From contig CDRNST010000195.1 of assembly GCA_977016875.1 (NCBI GenBank), positions 3,348,001-3,412,000 of the forward strand: DNA of 64,000 bases. The letters are read 5' to 3'. Positions 52,879 to 64,000 of this stretch are shown here, one piece after another. The DNA is from Pavona decussata (taxonomy: Eukaryota). How positions within the stretch are numbered: the stretch's first letter is position 1; each line of letters begins with the position of its first letter. A program made the translations under genes and the position numbers. Under the pieces are notes generated by a model. That model was not told where the DNA came from and did no database searches. It saw only the letters and a list, made by a program, of their open reading frames with translations.

Positions 52879-52968
52879 AATCTCGTACCCAGCGTCCTCT
52901 GGCTTTTTGGTCAGCAGATGGTCGACCACCCGCTGACCAAAACGAAAGAGGACTCTGGATACGAGATT
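52879..52968. mobile_element. Short palindromic MITE AATCTCGTACCCAG..CTGGATACGAGATT in Sola3 intron 1
   Basis: Nearly fully self-complementary 90-bp hairpin. GGCCAGGAA occurs on both flanks. Confidence 0.7.
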
Positions 52969-52983
52969 GGGCCAGGAAAGCCA

Positions 52984-53116
52984 AATCTCGTACCCAGAGT
53001 GAGTGGACCTCAGGCTTTTAGGTCAGCGGGTGGGCGCCAGGAGAGACTCTGGGGTACTGAAATTTTATTACCGCAGGATTTCTTCCGCTGACCAAAAAGA
53101 CTCTGGGTACGAGATT
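52984..53116. mobile_element. Second palindromic MITE of the same family
   Basis: TIR AATCTCGTACCCAGAGT / ACTCTGGGTACGAGATT and internal GGTCAGCGG..CCGCTGACC. Confidence 0.7.
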
Positions 53117-55407
53117 GGGAAAGGCTAACAGTTCGGTCGGGGATGGGAAAAAGAGAGATCCTGGGAACGAAAGTTGCTGTTGTGTCTGCGTATCCTGTGT
53201 TTGTCGCTCCTGTCGTTTTCCGCAACTCAGGGCAGGTCTATTAAAATACCAAAATTTATCTTAGGATCACATCAATCTGGCCGCTCCTTTTTAGTCTTTC
53301 AGTTGGTACTCTTTGTTACTGATCGATCCCATTTATTTCAGGTGTCTGACCCTATCAACATGGGTTGAATCAATTAGTGGAAAAATACTAAGTGAAAAAC
53401 GGGAGCTTAGCATAACGTGGATCCCACAGTGGTAGTGGTTATTCTGGGCTTCTGTAAATGCCATTTTTAACAGGTTTCGCAGGTTCCACAGATTCCGGCG
53501 TTCCACTATTCCATTCTGCTGTGCAATTCTAGAAATAAATAATTTCCTTTAAAACATGCCGATAACCCACTATACTATTGGACCTACTATTAAACTCTCT
53601 TTTTCCAGTCCGCTTTAAAGTATTCAAGACCTTACCTGACCCAATAGGAACTACTTTGCCATGTAAGTCATAGATTTCCATAGACATAGTAGCAGTAACT
53701 TGGCGTGGATTGGCTAGCTTCTTTTGTGGACCCTCGTGAGAAGGATAAGCACACTTATTGGTTTTGCGGCCAACCCAATCTGTTGTGAGTGAATTTCTGT
53801 GCTTTGGACAGACAGTCATCGCGGCCTTCTGTTCAGGAGTAACACGGAAGTAGCCAGCACGATTTAGAATGAGGTCATCTTCGCTAACAACACTTCGACC
53901 GCTAGCGCCGATGGTTTTCAGTAGAGGTTTGACATCTCTTGTACACGCTGCTAATGGTATAATAGTATTTCCTATACCGACTTGGTCACAAGGAGAGTCC
54001 TCAGAATGGAAAGAACAGCTCACTAAAATACTCATGTTTTCGAAAGCATTCGACTACTTTGTTTACGTGCTGTTCAGTGAAAACACTGGCTCAAATTACA
54101 TGACGTGACAGAACGACAACCGGGAAATTGAAGTATCGCTACCAAATTTACATGTATGTTCGAAGTGCCGTGCTTAGTAAAATGGAAAAAATAAAAAAAA
54201 ACAAAACAAAATGGTAAAACGAGTTTTGATAACTACCGTTTTGAGCTTCCACTTTGTAACTGGCGACCTTTCTTGACTCTTTAAAATTTTAAGTTATTTG
54301 AGCACGTAACGCAATAACAGAGGTGACTGTGATCAGTACGAAATCAATTAGGTTAACTTAGTTTATTTTAGCAAATTTATAACGAGAATAAAAATGGCCA
54401 GATTTTCAACAAGCTGTTTGGATTTTCTAAGCAAAACTACAACAACTGGTTGTAAATTTCAATTTGTCATGTTTAGCGTTTAATGCAGAAATCATCGCAT
54501 GCGAAACTCGATCAAATGTAATTTTAACATTTCACGGTAAACATCGCCGATAACATCGCACGTGAAAACTCAAACGTAATTAGATATCGCATAACTTGCT
54601 GTAGAAAACAGCAACGACACATCAGATCAGACTGGTACAAAGAACATATTTATGGTTAAAACGCAAACCTGCAGACAAAATTGTAATTATTCGCTCAGTC
54701 GGTAAAATAAAAATGGCGGGAAAATGTATTCTGATTATCCTGATTTAGGCCGACTGAAATGCCCAATTGTGCGAAAGGATTTGGAGGTCCCAATCTAACT
54801 TTTGCTAAACATTAAACATGGATGGCTAAACTGTGCAAACACCGCTTTTCGTTAAAATTCTATCCACGCAGATGCTAGAAAATGTTTTTTGAAAAGAGCT
54901 TAAAATTTTCGAATCCGCCAAAAGCCACACCAGACGAAAATTTGCACATTAACCGAAGACATAAAATATTTCCTAAATCATTCATCTTGTACATGTGTTT
55001 TGATTGAATGTCAAATATTTTATATAAATCGTAAGAACGCTAAAAAGCGGTAAGACACAGGTGAAATAACTTACGCAAGTTACCCTAAATCTGAAGCTAT
55101 TTTCTTATGCAAATTAGCCAGAAACAAGGGGGTGGTCAAAATCGCATGAAAATAAGTCAGTTTTTTTTGAAAGGGAATATTTTTTAATCTTATCCGAAAG
55201 GTAATCTGTGGTAGGAATTTGAAAGGAATCGGCCGACCTTGAACCGTGGGCCCTGCCCGGTTCTCTCTGACAATGACACTTAAACATTATTTTTTAATGC
55301 ACTTTATTCAGCTTTTTTCTGGTTTCCTGGTCCCCCCCTTGTAGTTTGGTGAGAAACAACAAGAGTATTATCCTGAGACTGAGAAAGCAAGGACACCAAG
55401 ACTCTTC

Positions 55408-55613
55408 GTGGGGCACTCCCCAGGGGTTGGGTACCCTAGCTCATGTTAGATCCCGAACGAAGTTTCATAGGTGCCTTTTCACAGCCATTCAGGGGGTATC
55501 ATCGGGTAACCAACCCGACTCATTGTTGCCAGGATAAACATATTTCAACAAAAGTGAACAGCCTGGTAAAGCAGTGAATATCATCGAGTAACCAACACAA
55601 CTCATTGTAACGC
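55408..55613 (-). ncRNA. Putative structured RNA / hairpin cluster 3' of YR gene B
   Basis: Hairpins at 55408-55454, 55490-55535 and 55574-55613 are homologous to those in element A. Confidence 0.45.
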
Positions 55614-55731
55614 AATTTTTTTTGTTTTTTGTTTTTTTTCTTTAACAACAACGATGTAGTATTTTTCTTCTTTGACATTAAGTTTTTTTTTTAACAACAA
55701 CGGTAACATTGGCCCACTATATCAACACAAC

Positions 55732-58700
55732 CTATCTCTTCTTGAAAATGTTTTTTACCTTGTCATAACATCTTAAAGGAATTTCTTGTCATGACTTCTT
55801 TCAAAATTGGGCAACTTTCAAACTTCTCCTTAATATCTGCCTTCTTTGGACAAGTGTCAAAATCTGAAAAAGCTTCCTCTATCAATGTAGTGTCCTGCTC
55901 TGACCAGGCAATTCTTGTGGAGCTCTTTGCTGTTCCACTGCTACAGCTTTTCTGGACCCATAGTTGGGTGCGAGAGGTATCCTTCTCTTCCGGAATCTCT
56001 TCGATATTGGAGGGAAACTTTTTTCTCTGAAGATGCTTGACCCTGAAGTAAACTTTCTTTACCATCTCTTCATCGTTAGTAAAACCGACAAGGTTTAGGC
56101 TCTTGCTCATCACGTTCCTGGTTTGTTGCAGCGAGAGAGAGGCATTGGTGTTTATATAGTGCGCAAAAAGGAGGTCGATGTCATCAGACTCTTCTTCGGT
56201 AAACTTAGGAGTTTTTGGACTGTCCTTTGTTGGGGTTTGGTTGCTTTTATTGATGTCTGCTAACTCGATGTTGGCTGCCAGAACGCTGTGACCCTTCACA
56301 GCCATGTCACCCAGGGATTGCAGCATGTAGTATGTCTCAGCGGTGCGGCCAGAGTGGCACATAAGCCTATGTGCACTGCGTTTGGAGACGTCATCAGTTT
56401 TGTGGAGTTGCGCGGCATGCATTTTCCTTAGCCGGGTGCTTGACACATTTGTCTTGCCAGTTGCTTTTCGCCACCAGGCAATGATGCATTTCCCGATTGT
56501 ACCGGGCTGGAAATCATTTCCTTCTTTTGTTACAAATATGCCTTCAACATCTTCACGCGCAAAGAAAGGCCTCACGTTTTTGATGTACACTTCGAGGTTG
56601 CTTTTCAAATTAGCAGACATGGTTAGTGGAGCCGGCCCCGCTTTGCTTCGTTTGTGGCGGCTGACATACATGACGTACTTCCCATCTCTATCCTCAATTC
56701 TCTCAAAGTCGCGCACCCTCGCAGTTTCCAGTGGTCCAGGCCGTTGACCGTTTTCCAAGCTGATTCTGGCGATGATAAAATCTCTTATCACAAGGAACTC
56801 CTTATTTGATGGCTCTCTTGTCTGGCATTCCAAAAGAAGATGCAACGCTCTTTTTGCAGGCTCGGAGTTTACCATGTCGTTGGTGTCACTGGGGTTTACT
56901 GCATCAACTCTATCTTCGAGAAGCTGTTCCTAACGCTCATGTGAATACAGCTGATTCACGGACGAGCCCATGGCTATAAAGCGCGGAATAATCTTCGTGA
57001 TCTTGGTAAGGGTGGGCTTGTCAATTGTTGGAATGCTTTTGACAGAATGCTCGCTATAATCGGCAATAAATTCAAGGAATTTAATAAGTGACGTTAGAGA
57101 AGCCCTGATGGTGCCTGGTCGTGAAGCCTTCTTGTCTAGAAGGGGCTTGGCGCAATGCTTCCAAACCTTTAAGCCACCATCATCAGTGATGCAGGCCAAT
57201 GTTTCATCCTCCTTGTCAATGTTGTCGTGGATGCGGCGTACGTTGTGCGTGTGGAAGATCGCATCGCGCTCTTTCTTGCACCCCTTCACCTTCTGAATCA
57301 GCTACTGCCTCGCCATGGTCACTTTTGTCGTCACTTTCTGACGGGCCAGTTGCTTGAGGTCTTGGCAAAGGTCTGGACATAAATGATGCTCCCGCTTTTG
57401 AGGGGCTTGGTGCGACGATAACCATTCCTCCATCGTCGTAACTCTCGTCTGATGAATCGCTGGAGAGCAACTCTTTAGAAAGGAGGACGAGAGGACTTGG
57501 ACGTTCGGTTTGCTTTGCTGGAGGTTCATAGTCATCGTCACTGGAGGAGATATCGAACGATTTCCGTTTCCGTGATGTGGAAGGACTACCGGGATGCTGT
57601 GTGAGTTTCTTCTTTTGAATGAGTGCTCGGTCCCACTGCAGTTCGGAAGACTTGCCGCTATAACGACGTGCCATAAGCACGAGCGACAAATATCTGTCGG
57701 TTGTTCGGTCTACCTTGTGCACTCGCTGGAGGTGTTTGTTGAGGTACAAAACCACCGAATCACACAAGGGACAGATCTCCTTGAAGCGTTGGTACTCCTT
57801 GATTCCAGCCTTGGTAGTTTTTTTGTCTTTTCCTCCTCTTACTTTGTTTCCTTTTCTGGCCATCTCCGCTAGTGCTTTCACTCTGACGGGTGGTATCTTT
57901 TCGTTGTTCTTGACGTGGACCAAGCGCAGATGCCGTGGGAGGTTACAGACCACTTTTTGACAGAGAGGGCAACTTCTGGGGGTGTTGTGTTTGCGTTTAT
58001 CTTCACCGTTTTTGTTCTTCTTTTTCTCGCCAGGAATGGCCTTTCTGATTTTCATCTTGACTTGTGTGCTTGTGGTAGTGGTTCCACTTGGACCTGCTAC
58101 TGGAACAACCTCGTCAGCCTTGTTACTACCAGCTTGGCCACTGTTGTTGTCACAAGGAATGTTCCTTCTGGTTTGTTTATTTCCTTGTGTTTCATTATTT
58201 GCTGTTCCACTGGGATCTGCGACTGAGACATCTTTGTCAGCCTGGTTACTACCAACTTGCCCACTGTCATCCTCAATCCTCTGAGCATCTTGCATGCTGT
58301 CATCCTCAACTCTCTGAGCATCTTGCATGCTGTCATCCTCAACCCTCTGAGCATCTTGCATGCTGTCATCCTCAACCCTCTGAGCATCTTTTATACTGTC
58401 ATCCTCAACCCTCTGAGCATCTTCCATGCTGTCATCCTCAACCCTCTGAGCATCTTCCATGCTGTCGTCCTCAACCCTCTGAGCATCTTCAATACTGTCA
58501 TCCCTGAACAGGGTAGAGTTCGATTCCAGCTCGTGTAGCAGTGCTAGGGCCGTTTCAGCGATGTCATCTTTGGAGACTTCTAGCATCTCTAGACTGTGAT
58601 TGTGAAATTTCTTGCAAAGGACATTGAGGTAAGACAGGGCAGTGGAGGCTGTCAACTCTAGTGTTCCGAGGCCGAGGCTCTTTGCAGCCACAGAAATTAA

Positions 58701-58856
58701 ACTCAATCGATAGTGTTCAGCCTGGAGACCACCCTTTGACAGGTTCGGTAACACGGAGAAAGTCGCTGTTTTGTCCTCCAGATCTATTTCAGAAGGGTCC
58801 TCTTCATCGTTAAGCACTTTTCGCAGGGCATCCTGTAGTTTCTTTCAGCGTTCCAT
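55732..58856 (-). pseudogene. Zinc-finger / tyrosine recombinase gene B (homolog of gene A), disrupted
   Basis: ATG at 58856 (MER*KKLQ). Fingers CPLC..LPRHLRLVH and CPLC..LNKHLQRVH. Deletion or frameshift ~57290, stop at 56930 where A has Trp. YR motifs ENGQRPG, SRHKR, TRLRK, LMCH, TYY. A terminal frameshift restores RCYDKVKNIF (A: RCYNKVKNMF). Confidence 0.85.
58263..58501 (-). repeat. Coding 33-bp minisatellite (VEDDSMQDAQR x7)
   Basis: Repeated CTGTCATCCTCAACCCTCTGAGCATCTT(G/C)CATG. Confidence 0.93.
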
Positions 58857-58881
58857 TGTTAAGGGCTAACCTTCACCCATG

Positions 58882-59528
58882 AATAGTCCTAGGTCCATAG
58901 AATTTGCTCCATAAGTTTGAGCTCGAACGGTTAAATCCTCTAAGAGTTGTTTGGTTGTAAAGCGGTAGTCTCGTTTTCACACTAAGAGCACTTGTGTCCG
59001 CAATCTTGGAATAAACTTCAACCGTTAATAACTTTGGAGGCTTTAAATGAAATTCCTCGAAAAATGACACACGTAATAAACATATTGAGTACTATCTTTA
59101 GCAATAAAGTGCGATTCCTAGTACGGCACAAATGCAAAGTTATTGACGGTTGAAGTTTGGACCAAAATGACATCAAATCTATGCAACGGTCCGCTGCCAA
59201 GACACTAACGGTGATCCACTAATAGGTCTAGGTCCATAGAATTTGCTCCATAAGTTTCAGCTCGAACGGTGAAATCCTCTATGAGTTATTTGGTTTTAAA
59301 GCGGTAACCTTGTTTTCGCGCTAAGAGCACTTATGTGTCCGCCATCTTGGAAAAAACTTCAAGCGTTAATAACTTTGCGGGCTTTAAATGGATTTCCTCG
59401 AAAAATGGCACACGTAATAAACATGTTGAGTACTATGTTTAGCAATAAACTGCGATTCCCAGTATTGCATACATGCAAAGTTATTCACGGTTGAAATTTG
59501 AAATGAAATGACGTTATAACTATGCAAC
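58882..59528. repeat. 339-bp-period direct duplication upstream of gene B
   Basis: CTAGGTCCATAGAATTTGCTCCATAAGTTT at 58889 and 59228. Similarity continues to CTATGCAAC in both copies. Confidence 0.92.
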
Positions 59529-60657
59529 AATGTAATCAATTTTCACAAACCTTGATCCATTAGTTTCCTTGCAGTGTCATGGCCACTCAATTCGAGCCAC
59601 CCACCCATGCATTAGTCACACTGAGAGGCTCAGTGGAAAAGCTACCATACTTACCACAAAGTTATACTTACCCCACAGGGAGGGAGGGTAGAGTTTAAAA
59701 ACTCGAAAGAAGCAATGAGTGAAGACAAGTAAGCTGCAAATTGCAGCCAAAGTATTTGTCCCCTGAAATTTGCTGAGGGTGCCTGCACATACAACAGTGA
59801 CGTTCTGGTAGGCCACTTCTAAGTCAAAGTAATGTACTGAAGAGAGTAAGCCAAGGTATCAATACCACCATTTACGGAACGACCCTCTGGCGCGGAAAAA
59901 TTGATAATCAAAAGTCACTTGCTGGGCTGACCTTTCTTTACCATAAACCCAAAACTGCTAATGTGAAGGTTGGGAATGGGGGAGACCATAAAGGGCCCCG
60001 CTACTTATTGAAAGGGACTTCACTCGCCGAGTATTCATCAATGATGCTTAGGTGCTGAAGAGCTGAGGACTTGTTGCGTTTAGCCAGTTTAAGTTTAAAA
60101 CTGCAATGAAAGCCCAGTTTGAACTCAATGAAGACTCTCAATGACACAGGACACCAGCCTCTGACTAGGGTGACAAACCAGGTCATGTGCAAAGGGATCT
60201 GGTTTTAACGGGCTGACCACATGAAATGGGGAATGGGGAAGGCTAACTAAACACAAAAAAGTACAAAGCCATTACCAGAAATCACAATCAACATCTTTAA
60301 AACAGAAAATCAAGAACAAAGCGAAACTAATAATGATAATAAAATAATGCGGATGGTTTGTCGGAACTTGAGTTTTTTTTTTTTCAAAACAGGTTGAACA
60401 TTAAGGCACTGTCTACAATTTTTGTTGCGGGTAAGGACGGGACAAAATTGATCAAATAAACAAAATTGTGTTTTTCTTGTCAATTTTTTTCGTAAAGCCA
60501 TTATTAGTGCTTCCACTGTTGACAGATTGGACAAACTGTGAAGTGTAAATAGCTTCGAGTGCAGATACAAACTTTGAATACAAGATTTGCCTCGACCAAA
60601 TATTTTGTGTGGACTTTTACGAGGCAATTCCTAAATTGTGTCATAGTGCGGCCTCAA

Positions 60658-60695
<38 letters not shown>

Positions 60696-60710
60696 TGATA
60701 ATTATAATGA
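60658..60710. repeat. (AAT)n microsatellite
   Basis: Seen directly. Confidence 0.9.
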
Positions 60711-61506
60711 CAACTAAATAAACAGCAACTATTGACACATGCACCATGGGTCCCAGGATTTAAAATACGTAGTACAAAATGATGGTAGATGCTGCCTTTT
60801 TTTAAGGTTTCCAGACTTGCGACCAGGATAGAGACGTCATTAATGAAGATGACTTGGAGCCAGACGCTTCCAGCAATTTCAAAGGGTCACCCTCCAAATG
60901 GGAGTTGAACACTTACACATTCATTTTTCTGACCGATCTACCAAGTTCATGGCAGCGGCATGTTTGCAAAAGGCATGATTGTATGCGAGCCAGATGCGCC
61001 TGCTGAATTGCTTGTGAGTCGTAAAATCAACAGCTTGTAAAGGACAAGATCACCCTAGTATCATTTTCGCTTCAACTGCTCCAAGCTTCATAACAAAGGC
61101 TAGTATCACTTGCTTTGGTCTGAAACGTTTCTGCTGGAATGCACTCTTGTTCCATTAGTTCTTTTTCAGAATTGACGTATTCACCATCCTGGCCAGTTGT
61201 TGAGCGGTACCATCCCTTGAACCAGTTCACGTATTTAATTTCAGAGACTGCAAACCCACTACAGTTGAACCTGTATTAAGCCGTCGCCCTCAACGGTGAG
61301 GGAAGTGGAAGCTAGAATCAACAAATAGTTTTAAAATGTCTCAGTCCAAGGTGCAATATCCTCAGTGTGTTGTTTGTTACGATTTGGTGTCAAAGTAAGA
61401 AGCACATGTCCATCCAACAGCAGTTGAGGTTAGGGGTCCTGCTGAGCCATGCTAGTACAGTGTAGTTGTATCAGCTCCCTTAGGGCTGATTTGACAGGTA
61501 CGTTGT

Positions 61507-61984
61507 GCAGGAAGGCATAACTTCTATTTTTGTGGGAAGTGGGTAGAATTGTGCTCAGTCCTCTTTCGAGCCAAAGACACCAGAATTAAAACTGCCAAGA
61601 AAATTTTAATGCAAAAAACCCATTTACAAGCAGGAAGGCGTGCATGACCCAGGTGGTCACAAATCCCTACTATTTATTTTGAAAGCTCCTAAACCCATAC
61701 TTGAAAAAGTGCAATTGTTGTATGAAATATATAATATAGTAAGAAGAGAATTGAGAAAAAAAGGTTGATTTCTCAGCGCAGGAAGGTGTTATACTTGTCG
61801 GAAGTGGGTAGAATCGTGCCCAGTCCCCTCTAGAGCTAAAGACACCAGAAATAGCACTGTCAACAAAAGTTTAATAGAAAAAAAAACTGTTTACAAACGG
61901 GAATGTGTGCATGACCCAAGTAATGATGTGTCCCTTCTATTTATTTGGAAATCCCATCATCTCATACTTGAAAAAGCGCAATTG
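61507..61984. repeat. Old, diverged ~270-bp-period direct duplication
   Basis: GCAGGAAGG..GGAAGTGGGTAGAAT..AAAGACACCAGAA..GTGCATGACCCA..CATACTTGAAAAAG(T/C)GCAATTG at 61507-61716 and 61778-61984. Confidence 0.8.
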
Positions 61985-62361
61985 AAAATATTGTATTGAA
62001 ATAAATTACATAGTAAAAGGACAATTGAATAAAAAGGTTACTTTTGAGATCAATGAAAAGTATATACAAGCAAGTTGGGCAAGAAGAACATTTTTCACAA
62101 TTGAACAACGGAAAATCAAAATCAAAATAAACAGAATGAGAAGCTGATGTGTAATCAGAGAGCTCTTCTACGATTTCATTTGCTTTGGACAACATACAGT
62201 CTAGTTGCCGTCATCGTTGCTAAAGCGCTCTGTTGAACTGGAAACCGTGGTGAAGACACCCCAACCGGCCATGGATTAGCTCAATCATCGCACTTGCAAA
62301 AAAGCTCTAAAGGCTATATAATTAAATCTTTGAAATGAAAGTTTATTGATAATGTTATTAA

Positions 62362-62597
62362 GGAGGCAGCGTGGTCGAGTGGTTAGGGCTTGAAATCCGG
62401 AGGTCCCGGGTTCAAGTCCTGCTCTAAGCACTAGACGGAGTTGTTTCTCGGACGCGCTTGTAAATAGCCAGCTGGTCTGCCTCCTGCCAGTTGGGATTTT
62501 TAAACATGTTATTTTCAATTTAAATTATTTCTTTGTGAAGGTTAATGCTCGGCCCCAACAGCACTTGTGCTATAAACACTGCCGAGGGTAAACAAAG

Positions 62598-62653
<56 letters not shown>
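62362..62653 (+). mobile_element. tRNA-derived SINE with (TTA)n tail
   Basis: A box TGGTCGAGTGG, B box GGTTCAAGTCC, core TGTAAATAGCCAGCTGGTCTGCCTCCTGCCAGTTGGGATT (recalled from cnidarian SINEs) and a simple-repeat tail. Confidence 0.85.
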
Positions 62654-64000
62654 GTGAATAATAAATCGTAAAATTTTGTCACCAGGATGAAATTAATAAC
62701 TAAGAAAAAACGGTACCCCCGTCATGCCTATTGTCCCTTGAAGTTGGTCACAATGACCAAGCAGGAGCCAAACTGCGTGCCTCCCACTCCTCAACGATTG
62801 ATGAATGATTTCAAAATCCTCCACTTTTTGCATTTTTCTACCTTGTCAAGTGTTTCATTCATTTTCATGTCTGACGGTAATCAGTGAATCAATGTTATAA
62901 GAAAAAAGAGCAAAAATCCAGAAAACAGTAACAGGCCAGGGACTGGACTTATCTAGCCTGAGGGGCAAGCATTTCCAAGGAATTCTCTGCGTCGAAATTG
63001 GCTTCTCTGAGTAGAAAAGTGCAGACCCTGGCCTTTTTTCACTCTGTGACCGCTTTCTGGATTTTTTGTTTTTGTACATGATCCAAAATTTATGAAGGAA
63101 AAACACTGAAAGATAGAGTAAAGGATTTCAAAAATACTTGAAAATTAGTCAAACTAGATTGCATTATAAACTGGGGAAAGGAAATAGAAATTATTGTTTG
63201 TTACGTTAGTGGTTTGCTGGTTTTGCTGACGGCCTACTTCGCTGGTTACCCTTGAGCTTTGTGTCTTTTTTCCTCAAGGGCGTTGGGCCCTAAAATGTTG
63301 AAACTCTCGACATGTATGGCAGCAATCTAAACACAAGAAACATGTTTGTCATAATGAGGTAGAAAGAGAGAACGGGGCAAAATTAGTGGGGGTTGCTAAG
63401 TGGAGAAGATTCATAAAAGCTGAGAAATTACTAAAGTTACCCCAACGTACCAAGCAAAACCGAACATTCAAGTGCTCAAAATATTTTATGACAGTTTGAT
63501 TGTGTTCGACAACCATTCCCAATCCACAACATAGGTGGCCCAAGCTCTATGATTTGTGTTGACTGTTTTAACGAATAGATTAGCGTCACGATGTATGTTT
63601 TGACAATAGCGAAATTTGTAATGGTTTGTAAGAAGAAAAAGTATTGAGTGAAAAGGCAAAATAAGAAACGATTTTTGACTATTTTGTTTTTCACCTGGAC
63701 GCCTCTTACATACTTTCTCTTGTGTCCCGTGTGGTTTATATATCAACTTTAGGTGACTTCTAGAAGCCGTTGGAAACTCTAAGTTACATTGGCCAATACA
63801 AATCAAAGATCTTGGGTTACCTGTGGCAACGAATGAATGTACAAACAAACAAATGAATTGGTGATTAATACTTACAACTTGGTAGGCAACGACGCAAGTC
63901 ATTGTCTTGTAAGTTGCATCTGAGACCCCCTTCTTCAGCAACTCGACTCCCAGCGTCGTGCCTTTGGTTGTTGGAATCCTTTCTGCTCCATTGCTGTCCT

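Larger units (their letters stand above)
49273..54035 (-). pseudogene. Sola3 DDE transposase, 3 exons, two premature stops
   Basis: Exons 54035-53636, 52441-52380 and 52269-49273 join in phase through GT-AG sites (..PIGS|VICTICRK..KKE|LSAPQ..). Motifs IMDWAMKFLP..FGKRGRSWH, RSDNAGCYH and FSDPQAGKDICDR. In-frame stops at 51961 and 49816. Confidence 0.82.
47112..55279 (-). mobile_element. Sola3-type DNA transposon, 8.2 kb, long imperfect TIRs, TTAA target duplication
   Basis: Ends TTAA|GTGTCATTGTCAGAGAGAACCGGGCAGGG ... CCCTGCCCGGTTCTCTCTGACAATGACAC|TTAA. Inverted similarity is traceable for ~800 bp (to ~47908 and ~54505). Long TIRs with TTAA duplication match Sola3. Confidence 0.85.
46655..59530 (-). 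mobile_element. YR element B (same family as A), interrupted by Sola3; right boundary uncertain
   Basis: Same end module, hairpin cluster and homologous gene. Removing 47112-55283 gives ~0.9 kb from end to stop codon, versus ~1.0 kb in A. Confidence 0.65.

Noticed and set aside
60780-61320. Possible decayed coding fragment
   Set aside because: All frames I tried are interrupted, and I recognised no convincing motif.
62362-62425. tRNA gene
   Set aside because: A and B boxes are present but there is no complete cloverleaf; it continues into a SINE body and (TTA)n tail.
63486-64000. 151-aa ORF / possible exon at the window end
   Set aside because: Non-ATG start and no recognisable domain. It cannot be evaluated without the adjacent sequence.

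Overview
Eukaryotic, repeat-dense window with no clear host gene. It is probably from an anthozoan cnidarian or coral, judged from the SINE and palindromic MITE types (inference). (1) 1-36168 is a head-to-tail array of a ~3.7 kb unit: 1 partial, 8 full and 3 short 1762-bp copies. Each unit is a dead, intron-containing tyrosine-recombinase (YR, Crypton-like) element. (2) 37331-37690 is a TTAA-flanked MITE. (3) ~38515-59530 holds two divergent members of a second YR element family lying end to end. Each has a long minus-strand gene: peptide repeats, two C2H2-like fingers, an acidic linker, a YR domain and a helical Myb/SANT-like tail. Downstream of each gene is a shared non-coding end: TGACNAGGAACCTANTTAGGG(TTAGGG)n..ATCCT, then seven ~20-bp-spaced element-specific motifs, then a set of covarying hairpins with complementary loops. 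This architecture is the best candidate for an undescribed system. (4) The second YR element is interrupted by an 8.2-kb Sola3-type DNA transposon, which itself carries a Harbinger deletion derivative and two small palindromic MITEs. (5) The end of the window has microsatellites, a diverged duplication and a tRNA-derived SINE. All calls come from reading the sequence by eye; no searches were run.
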